Shown here: one piece after another, positions 7,863 through 15,239 of the stretch
Numbering within the stretch: position 1 is the stretch's first letter
Layout: the number at the start of each line of letters is the position of its first letter
Assembly: GCA_963699255.1 (NCBI GenBank)
Contig: OY969425.1
Location: 1,320,001 to 1,352,000, forward strand
DNA from: an uncultured bacterium
GTDB taxonomy: Bacteria; Margulisbacteria; WOR-1; CAVSGV01
Direction: 5' to 3'
DNA length: 32,000 nucleotides
Program-made: the position numbers and the translations under genes
Notes under the pieces: generated by a model
Database searches by the model: none
Told to the model about the DNA's origin: nothing
Seen by the model: only the letters and a program-made list of their open reading frames with translations

Positions 7863-8762
7863 ATGGTAAAAATAAACGGCTCAACAAAAGTTACCGGGAT
7901 CATAGGCTATCCTATAACTCACAGTGTTTCTCCGCAAATGCACAACGCCGCGTATGAAAAGCTGGGGCTCAACTATTGTTATGTCCCGATCGCCGTCAAG
8001 CCGGAAGATCTTGAGAGAGCGCTTGAAGGCATAAGGATACTCGGTATGACCGGCGTCAATGTGACCATCCCGCACAAGGAAGCCGTGGTTTCGCACCTTG
8101 ACGAAGCGACAAAAATAGTCAGATTGATTGGAACCGCGAACGTGATATTGAGCCAGGAAGGTCGGCTTATCGGCTATAACACCGATGGCCCCGGGTTCAT
8201 AGATTCACTCAAGGAAGACGCCGGATTTGATGTGGCCGGAAAACGCGCGGTGGTCCTTGGCGCGGGCGGAGGGGCAAGGTCCGCCGCCATCATGCTTGCC
8301 CAGGACGGCGTAAAGAACCTTGTGATTTCTGACCTGATATATGAAAAATCCGAGGAGCTTTGTGAATACATAAATTCACATTTTGAAATAGCTCCCTACG
8401 CATGCCCGGTAAAAAGCGCAGAACTAAAAAAACTGGTCGAGAGCTGTGACTTGCTCGTTAATGCTACTCCCATAGGGATGTATCCGAAAGTGAACGAATG
8501 CCCGATCGATGATGACTACAAGATCCCCAGGTCGGCCGTTGTTTATGACCTAGTTTACAATCCCCTTGAAACCAAGCTCCTTAAGTTAGCAAAGGCGAAT
8601 GGAGCAAAAGCCGTGTCAGGGATAGGGATGTTGATAAGACAAGGCGCCCTGGCCTTTTCTTTGTTCACTGAACAAGAAGCTCCTGTCCAAATAATGAAAG
8701 AAGCCGCGTTAGAAGCTCTTAAGTTTTTTCCGCCCGCCAAAGAGCATCAGCGGACAAGTTAA
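7863..8762 (+). CDS. aroE: Shikimate dehydrogenase
   Basis: VTGIIGYPITHSVSPQMHNAAYEKLGLNYCYVPI..., NVTIPHKEAV, VVLGAGGGARSAAIML, NATPIGMYP. The track start (7854) is a TTG; the ATG at 7863 is more likely. Confidence 0.96.
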   Translation: MVKINGSTKVTGIIGYPITHSVSPQMHNAAYEKLGLNYCYVPIAVKPEDLERALEGIRILGMTGVNVTIPHKEAVVSHLDEATKIVRLIGTANVILSQEGRLIGYNTDGPGFIDSLKEDAGFDVAGKRAVVLGAGGGARSAAIMLAQDGVKNLVISDLIYEKSEELCEYINSHFEIAPYACPVKSAELKKLVESCDLLVNATPIGMYPKVNECPIDDDYKIPRSAVVYDLVYNPLETKLLKLAKANGAKAVSGIGMLIRQGALAFSLFTEQEAPVQIMKEAALEALKFFPPAKEHQRTS

Positions 8763-8860
8763 TAACTGTCGATATAAGCTGCAGCTGTCAGGTATTCCAA
8801 CAATAATCCTAATTAATCGCACTCAAATTAATGGCACGATAATTGCTTGCAATTCAATTG

Positions 8861-9949
8861 ATGGAGGCTAAATCCAATAACGGAGCTGTTCCACTAATAA
8901 ATGATCTGCTCGAAAAAGCTGCAAATCTGGATGCGAGCGATATACATATCGAGCCGAGTGGAGGGAGCTTAAGGGTAAGGTACAGGGTTGACGGGCTTCT
9001 GCAGCCCGGGATCACCATCCACAGGTCCATGCAGCAGCAAATAATCTCGAGGATAAAGATCCTGGGTGACATGGACATTTCCGAGCAAAGGCTGCCGCAG
9101 GACGGAAGGACGTTCATCAAGGCAGGTTCCCGCGAGTTCGACCTCAGGATATCGACCATTCCAACGTTCCACGGTGAAAAAGCGGTAATAAGGCTGCTTG
9201 ACAGGAAGAAAACATCCCTGCCGCTGGAAGTTCTAGGGATGTTCGAAGAAGATCTTGCCTTTTACAAGAAGGAATTAGAAAAGTCCCAGGGCCTGATAAT
9301 CGTTTGCGGGCCTACGGGATGCGGGAAAACCACGACATTATATTCGTCGCTTGAAAAGATCAACAAGGATCTGCTGAACATCGTGACGATCGAAGACCCT
9401 ATAGAATACCAGCTGTCAAAGATCAACCAGATACAGGTCAATTATAAGACCGGACTTACGTTCGCCAGGGGCCTTAGAGGGATACTCCGCCAGGACCCGG
9501 ACGTTATAATGGTGGGAGAGATAAGGGACGGAGAAACGGCCGTTATAGCCATACAGGCCGCGATGACGGGGCACCTTGTTTTTGCTACCCTCCATACCAA
9601 TGACGCGGTAAGTTCGATCGTAAGGCTGATCGATATGGGAATAGAGCCTTACTTAATATCAAGCACGCTAAAATGCATCCTTTCGCAGAGGCTTGTAAGA
9701 AAGCTATGCGAAACATGCAAGGGCAGCGGCTGCAAGGCTTGCAATCAAGCGGGTTACAAGGGAAGGGTCGGCGTGTTTGAGATGTTAAAGATCGATAACG
9801 CGATCAAGGACCAGATCAACAGGAGGTCAAGCTCCCATGAGCTGGCAAAGCTGACCAGGTTCAAGACCATGACGGAAAACGCTGAAGTCCTGGTCAGGAA
9901 CGGGGTAACGACCAGGGAAGAGGTTTCACGGACCATGTATACGGAATAA
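8861..9949 (+). CDS. GspE/PilB-family secretion/pilus assembly ATPase, short form
   Basis: Walker A GPTGCGKTTTLYSSL, IEDPIEYQ, GEIRDGETA, HTNDA, and a compact Cys motif CETCKGSGCKACN. The ATG at 8861 is preferred over the upstream TTG at 8843. Confidence 0.92.
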   Translation: MEAKSNNGAVPLINDLLEKAANLDASDIHIEPSGGSLRVRYRVDGLLQPGITIHRSMQQQIISRIKILGDMDISEQRLPQDGRTFIKAGSREFDLRISTIPTFHGEKAVIRLLDRKKTSLPLEVLGMFEEDLAFYKKELEKSQGLIIVCGPTGCGKTTTLYSSLEKINKDLLNIVTIEDPIEYQLSKINQIQVNYKTGLTFARGLRGILRQDPDVIMVGEIRDGETAVIAIQAAMTGHLVFATLHTNDAVSSIVRLIDMGIEPYLISSTLKCILSQRLVRKLCETCKGSGCKACNQAGYKGRVGVFEMLKIDNAIKDQINRRSSSHELAKLTRFKTMTENAEVLVRNGVTTREEVSRTMYTE

Positions 9950-9987
9950 CCTTGACTTGAACTGCCCTCTATTGTATAAAATAAGTA

Positions 9988-10728
9988 ATGATAATAATAA
10001 GATTCATACATACAATAATTTTTTACTCGATCGCCGTGATCACCTTTTTTCTAGGCACTCTGCTGACGATCCCCTTCGCGATCATTGCCAGGGAACATCA
10101 TAAGGTATTTCAATTTTCCGCGCGCGCGTGGGCAAGAATGCTGATGTTGATCAGCGGCGCAAAGATAACCATCTCGGGGCTTGACAGGATACCGAAAGAA
10201 GGCGGGCTGATATTCGCCTCGAACCATCAGGGAGCTCTTGATATCCTTATCCTTCTCGCGTATCTTCCCAGGTATTTCCGTTTTGTCGCAAAAAGCGACC
10301 TTTTCAAGATCCCCTTGTTCGGGTGGTATATGAGCGTGGCTGGATATGTGCCGATAGAGCGGGAAGTAAGCACGAGCGCGCACAGGACCATCGGCAGCGT
10401 CTCGGATGTATTGACCAAGGGTGACTGCGTATTGATGTTCCCTGAAGGTACAAGGTCAAAGACCGGGGAACTGGGTGATTTCAAAAGGGGGAGCCTGATG
10501 GCCGCTTTCTCAAGCGGAGCAAAGGTTATACCGGTAGCCGTCACCGGCAGTTACCAGATGATGCCGAAAAAGACATATTTAATAAACGTAGTGCCGATCA
10601 GCATTAAGTTCGGGCAGCCGATGTCTTTCAAGAAATACCTCGGTTCAAGGCCGGGCAAGAACGATTATGAGGTCGAGCTGAAAAGGTTGAGAGAAGAGAT
10701 CCAGGGCCTTTTGGGAACTAATGCATAA
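9988..10728 (+). CDS. plsC: 1-acyl-sn-glycerol-3-phosphate acyltransferase
   Basis: N-terminal TM, NHQGALD (NHxxxxD acyltransferase motif), FPEGTRSKTGELGDFKRG. Confidence 0.92.
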   Translation: MIIIRFIHTIIFYSIAVITFFLGTLLTIPFAIIAREHHKVFQFSARAWARMLMLISGAKITISGLDRIPKEGGLIFASNHQGALDILILLAYLPRYFRFVAKSDLFKIPLFGWYMSVAGYVPIEREVSTSAHRTIGSVSDVLTKGDCVLMFPEGTRSKTGELGDFKRGSLMAAFSSGAKVIPVAVTGSYQMMPKKTYLINVVPISIKFGQPMSFKKYLGSRPGKNDYEVELKRLREEIQGLLGTNA

Positions 10729-10730
10729 AT

Positions 10731-11984
10731 TCATTTAGGGGCCGGCTTGAGATCTTTGTTAAATATAATGTTTGTCTCTTCTTCCTCTGACACGGCCTTA
10801 TCCATTTTTGAATATATTTCATACCTGGCCGTTGATTCATACTGTAGGATAACATTTCTATCTTCCACGCTGGGATATTTGCGGAGCAATTTTTTTGTTT
10901 GAGCCGTTATCACTGCCAAAGCCTCATTAAATAATGTATTCACCTTTGTTTTATCTCGCCCGGCTCCGGCCATTTCTAAAGCGATATCGCTGATGGCGGC
11001 AGCTCTATCATACGGATCTGTAATGGTCCTAGCTATTACAAGTGCATCATCAAATCGCCCGGCTTTATCCATTTCTATAGCAATAGCGCTAATGGCTTTT
11101 GATTTAGAGACCGCGTTTTCGATCGTTTGAGCTTCCGACAGGGCTTCTTTGAAGAGTCCGGCTTTGGCCATTTCTGAAACTATGACACTGATAACATTAT
11201 CCCTCTCATCTGGATCGGTAATGTCCCGAGCTACTGTCAAAGCTTCTTCAAATACTTTTATTACCTCGCTTTTATCCGCAATGCTCGCAGCCATTTCTGA
11301 CGCTATATCGCTGATGGAGCTTGCTTTATAATCTAATAATATGATCGTCTTAGCCGCATCCAAAGCCTCATGAAATAATTTAACCTTTGTCATTGCAGAA
11401 GTTATATTGCTAAGGGCGTACGAGCTAAAGCGGGGGTCTTCCATAGCCTGAGCAGCCGCGACAGCTTCCTTGAATATTTCTTTATATGCGACATCGCTTA
11501 ACTTGGCTTTGGACACTTCTGAAGATATGATATTTATAACGGCTAATTTATAATAAATATTTTCAATACTCTTAAGTGTTGCCAGAGATTCCTTAAACAG
11601 TCCGGCTTTTGCCATATTTGAGGCTGCCTCTGCGAGGGCTGACGTTTTTTGATTGGGATCCTTAATGGCACGGATCGTTTTCAGTTGTTCGTTGAACAAT
11701 GTCCGAAGGGTGTTTTTGTCATCCGCGGTTAAAGGATATTTTTGCTTTTCTTCCAGAGTTGCTCTGAGGAGGCTCCACAAATAAAATTTGGCTTCGGCCT
11801 CTACTATTTCCCCATCCCCGTTTATGTCAGCTTTTTTATTATAACCCTCATCCGCTGTCCACAGGTTCCAGATGGACGGCTGTTCAATTATTCCGTTCTC
11901 ATTCTTGTCATTAAACCCGCAGAGCTTATAGAGAACTTGAGTTTCTTTAGGAGCTTTTTGCCGCGTACATCCATATATCATCAA
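10731..11984 (-). CDS. EF-hand/dockerin-like Ca-loop module plus alpha-solenoid (TPR-like) repeat protein
   Basis: N-terminal DKNENGIIE and DINGDGEIVEAE loops, the module QKYPLTADDKNTLRTLFNE, then repeated units such as ISxIAxEMxKAGxFxxALxxARTITDPxxR of roughly 33-36 residues. Confidence 0.75.
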   Translation of the reverse strand: MMIYGCTRQKAPKETQVLYKLCGFNDKNENGIIEQPSIWNLWTADEGYNKKADINGDGEIVEAEAKFYLWSLLRATLEEKQKYPLTADDKNTLRTLFNEQLKTIRAIKDPNQKTSALAEAASNMAKAGLFKESLATLKSIENIYYKLAVINIISSEVSKAKLSDVAYKEIFKEAVAAAQAMEDPRFSSYALSNITSAMTKVKLFHEALDAAKTIILLDYKASSISDIASEMAASIADKSEVIKVFEEALTVARDITDPDERDNVISVIVSEMAKAGLFKEALSEAQTIENAVSKSKAISAIAIEMDKAGRFDDALVIARTITDPYDRAAAISDIALEMAGAGRDKTKVNTLFNEALAVITAQTKKLLRKYPSVEDRNVILQYESTARYEIYSKMDKAVSEEEETNIIFNKDLKPAPK

Positions 11985-12023
11985 CTTTTATTCCTCCTCA
12001 GATTTTTTATGCGGATTTCTTGT

Positions 12024-12767
12024 TTATAGTATTATATTAACCGGATCACCCTCGGCGCTTCTTACCTTTTTAGCTTCTGCGAGAGCCCTGGATCCTTCAA
12101 ATGCGACCCTGTTATACATAAGATTTATTTCAATTATGCTCCTGTTGAACAAAAGAATAGAATCTGCCAGGGCCATGGCACCGTTGTCTCCTATGCGATT
12201 ACCCCAAAGATTGATCTTTGTTAGACTCCTATTGACTTTAAATGCGTCTGCCAGAGCTTTGGCCCCTTCATCACCGATCTGATTTTCCCCTAAATTGATC
12301 TCGGTAATGCTCTTATTGACTTTTAGGACCTCAGCAAGGGCCTTGGCCCCCTTATCGCCGATGCGCTGCCCGGAAAGGTCAATTTTGCTTCTGGTCGAGT
12401 TCATCATAAGGGCAGATCGGACCTGCTCGTTCACTGAAACCCCATATTTTTTGCAAGCCTCTTCATAGACTTCAACGAATATTTTCCGAAGGGCCTTATT
12501 ATCTTCCGCAGTTAAAGGATATTTTTGTTTCTCTCCCAGGCTTATATTCGCGAGGCTCCATAGATAATACTTGGCTTCAGCTTCAACTATTTTTCCATCC
12601 TTGTTTATATCGGCTTCTTCTTTATATCCCTCTTTCGCCGGCCAAATATGCGGGATGATCGACTTTTCAATCACTCCGTCCTCATTTTTATCGTTAAATC
12701 CGCAAAGCTTATAGAGAGCTTCTGTTTCTTTGGAAGCTTTAGGCCGCGAACATCCGGTTATTATCAT
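12024..12767 (-). CDS. EF-hand/dockerin-like Ca-loop module plus ribonuclease-inhibitor-type leucine-rich repeats
   Basis: N-terminus near-identical in layout to 10731..11984 (DKNEDGVIE, DINKDGKIVEAE, QKYPLTAEDNKALRKIF). C-terminal 28-residue LRRs: IDLSGQRIGDKGAKALAEVLKVNKSITEINLGENQIGDEGAKALADAFK.... Confidence 0.8.
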   Translation of the reverse strand: MIITGCSRPKASKETEALYKLCGFNDKNEDGVIEKSIIPHIWPAKEGYKEEADINKDGKIVEAEAKYYLWSLANISLGEKQKYPLTAEDNKALRKIFVEVYEEACKKYGVSVNEQVRSALMMNSTRSKIDLSGQRIGDKGAKALAEVLKVNKSITEINLGENQIGDEGAKALADAFKVNRSLTKINLWGNRIGDNGAMALADSILLFNRSIIEINLMYNRVAFEGSRALAEAKKVRSAEGDPVNIIL

Positions 12768-12805
12768 TTTAATCCTTCACCTTTTAATTTATGACAGATC
12801 CTCTT

Positions 12806-12852
12806 TTCCCGCATCTATATCGTCAGCATTTTTCAGGAGTTTCAGTTTTTCC
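12806..12852 (-). repeat. Conserved upstream block, copy A (direct repeat with 13744..13794)
   Basis: Minus-strand GAAAAACTGAAACTCCTGAAAAATGCTGACGATATAGATGCGGGAA, closely matching the block upstream of the neighbouring paralogue. Confidence 0.75.
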
Positions 12853-12863
12853 CAAGATTAAGC

Positions 12864-13709
12864 TTATTTAGGCTCCCCTACCATACTCCCAAAATGATCA
12901 ATAAATCCATGATATGCATCTTCTTTGTCGCTTTGATCCAGTCCTGCATCAGACATTAATGAATTTATCTTTCTAATGGCAAGAGTTTCATAATGAAAGA
13001 TCATATCTCGAATATTATCGTCCGGATTTTCACGCATTTGTTTATTTGTATAAGCCACTTCCAGTTTTATAGCCTCACGAAATGTGTTGCATAACTTGTT
13101 TTTGTCCGCTCCGGCAAAAGCCATGCCTAAAGCTATTTCACTAATGGCTTCTGCTTTTTGTTCCCCTGTATCCTCGTTTTTCCGAACTGCTTTCAGCTTT
13201 TCATTAAACATTATCAGGAGATCGCTTTTGTCTTTTTCGGTTAACGGGTATTTTTGTCTGTCTATGCAAAACTCTGCCCTAACCCAAATATCTGTCTCAA
13301 CTTCATTACATGCTTTTTCTATATCGCTTTTATTTAACCTTGCCTTAGCCATTTTTGAAAGGATCCATTTAATGGCTACAGCTTCACTATCTAAAATATT
13401 CACCCTTCTATTGTCATCCGGGTTTTTAATACATAATTCATTGATCTGAGTTTCTTCCCAATATAAAGCTTCTTCAAATACTTTGATCACCTCGTTTTTA
13501 TCTAACCCTTTTTTTGCCATATCTAAAGCTATATCGCTAACAATGATCGATCTATAATGTAAATTATTAATAGTCCGGGCTATTGCCAGCTTTTCATTGA
13601 ATAATGTCCGAAGAGTGTTTTTATCTTCATTAGTTAACGGGGGCTTTTGTTTCTCCTGCGGACTTATTTTGGAACCATTAGAAACCTGTGAATATGCAGT
13701 TATCATCAT
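12864..13709 (-). CDS. Paralogous modular protein lacking the EF-hand region, with two copies of the QK(Y/P)PLT module and helical repeats
   Basis: EKQKPPLTNEDKNTLRTLFNEKLAIAR near the N-terminus and DRQKYPLTEKDKSDLLIMFNEKLKAVR in the middle; helical segments like SDIALDMAKKGLDKNEVIKVFEEAL. Confidence 0.7.
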   Translation of the reverse strand: MMITAYSQVSNGSKISPQEKQKPPLTNEDKNTLRTLFNEKLAIARTINNLHYRSIIVSDIALDMAKKGLDKNEVIKVFEEALYWEETQINELCIKNPDDNRRVNILDSEAVAIKWILSKMAKARLNKSDIEKACNEVETDIWVRAEFCIDRQKYPLTEKDKSDLLIMFNEKLKAVRKNEDTGEQKAEAISEIALGMAFAGADKNKLCNTFREAIKLEVAYTNKQMRENPDDNIRDMIFHYETLAIRKINSLMSDAGLDQSDKEDAYHGFIDHFGSMVGEPK

Positions 13710-13743
13710 TTTTATCTTCCTCCATAAATTAAAAACAGATTCA

Positions 13744-13794
13744 TTTTCCCAGCCTCTATATCGTCAGCATTTTTCAGGAATTTCACTTTTTCTG
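13744..13794 (-). repeat. Conserved upstream block, copy B
   Basis: Minus-strand CAGAAAAAGTGAAATTCCTGAAAAATGCTGACGATATAGAGGCTGGGAAAA. Confidence 0.75.
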
Positions 13795-13877
13795 AGGATA
13801 ATGATCAAGGTTGAGGAAGGATATTTAAAGAGGTCATTCCATTTTGCGTTAATGCATTTCGGCAGACAGGTGGGGCT

Positions 13878-15233
13878 TTAGGGGGTCAAAATATCCATTG
13901 CTTCTTTTATGTGTGAAACAGGAACAACCTTTATCCCTTTAATTTTGCCTATTTCCGGGAAATTGCCCTTCGGTATCACCGCAGTCCTGAATCCGAGTTT
14001 CGAAGCTTCCGTTATCCTTCCCTCGATCTGATCCACAGCCCTTATCTCCCCTGCCAATCCCACTTCCCCGATAAAAACGATGTCCGAACTTATCTTTTTG
14101 TCCTTGTAACACGAGATAATGGCCATGATCACCGGAAGATCCACGGCAGGCTCGTTCAATTCGATCCCGCCGGCAACATTAATATAAACATCCTTGTCGC
14201 CAAGCCTTATACCAAGGCGCCTGTCAATGACGGCAACCAGCATGAGCGCCCTGTTATAGTCAAATCCATTCGCGCTCCTCCTGGGCACGGCGGTATTGGA
14301 GTGGCTTACCAGAGCCTGGATCTCCACCAGAAGAGGCCTTGTCCCCTCTATCGAAACGGTGATCGCGGAGCCAGCGGCATCCGATCTTTCCTCAATGAAC
14401 AGCTTTGAAGGGTTCTTCACTTCCAGGAGCCCCGATTCTTTCATCTCAAATATCCCGACCTCGTTCGTAGAGCCGAACCTGTTCTTCACGGCCCTTAATA
14501 TCCTGTACTGCCTATGGGTTTCGCCCTCAAAATAAAGGACGGTATCGACAATATGCTCCAGCACTCTCGGGCCGGCGATGTTGCCCTCTTTTGTCACATG
14601 CCCCACAAAGAACACCGGGATATTCGATGATTTAGCAAGACGGACAAGATAAGATGCGCATTCCCTTACCTGGCTAACAGAGCCGGGAGCCGATGGGATG
14701 TCCTCCCTGTACATGGTCTGTATGGAATCAATGACGACGAATTTCGGTTTGGTCTCTATCATGCTCGCTTCAATCGCGAAAATGTTGTTCTCCGGCAGGA
14801 TGTGGAGGTTTTCCGAGAGGGTGCCGAGTCTCTGCGCCCTCAGCCTTATCTGTTTTGCGGATTCTTCGCCTGAAACATATAGAACGTTCTCTGTCTTTGA
14901 GAGCGAGTCCGCCGCCTGAAGCATTAGGGTGGACTTGCCTATCCCAGGATCCCCACCCACAAGGACGGCGGAGCCGGCGACAACTCCACCACCTAAAACC
15001 CGGTCAAGCTCTCCGATCCCCGTCGACTTCCGTTCTTCAGGACTGAAATCAAGTTCTGTGATAGGCCGAGGTTTGGAGGATGTGACGATCTGCCTGACCT
15101 TCATTTGCGATGCGACAGGGGCCTGTTCTTCCACGATGGAATTCCATTGTCCGCATTCAGGGCACTTACCAACCCATCGTGGCGATTCGTAGCCGCATGA
15201 CTGGCATACATATTTAATGTCCTGCTTGGGCAA
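13878..15233 (-). CDS. radA: DNA repair protein RadA
   Basis: C4 zinc motif YVCQSCGYESPRWVGKCPECGQWNS, Walker A GGDPGIGKSTLMLQ, RadA KNRFG motif, Lon-like C-terminal domain. Confidence 0.97.
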   Translation of the reverse strand: MPKQDIKYVCQSCGYESPRWVGKCPECGQWNSIVEEQAPVASQMKVRQIVTSSKPRPITELDFSPEERKSTGIGELDRVLGGGVVAGSAVLVGGDPGIGKSTLMLQAADSLSKTENVLYVSGEESAKQIRLRAQRLGTLSENLHILPENNIFAIEASMIETKPKFVVIDSIQTMYREDIPSAPGSVSQVRECASYLVRLAKSSNIPVFFVGHVTKEGNIAGPRVLEHIVDTVLYFEGETHRQYRILRAVKNRFGSTNEVGIFEMKESGLLEVKNPSKLFIEERSDAAGSAITVSIEGTRPLLVEIQALVSHSNTAVPRRSANGFDYNRALMLVAVIDRRLGIRLGDKDVYINVAGGIELNEPAVDLPVIMAIISCYKDKKISSDIVFIGEVGLAGEIRAVDQIEGRITEASKLGFRTAVIPKGNFPEIGKIKGIKVVPVSHIKEAMDILTP

Positions 15234-15239
15234 GTTTGA

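Noticed and set aside
7444-7887. 147-aa minus-strand ORF
   Set aside because: Covers a repeat element and the opposite strand of a small ORF with a better ribosome-binding site; translation looks random.
11149-11331. Plus-strand ORF and internal repetitive DNA mistaken for a CRISPR-like pattern
   Set aside because: Repetition follows ~33-36 codon protein repeats with diverged DNA; no identical repeats with unique spacers.
12024-12767. Lipoprotein call based on TGC in MIITGCSR
   Set aside because: No hydrophobic signal segment before the Cys and an in-frame stop lies just upstream of the start.
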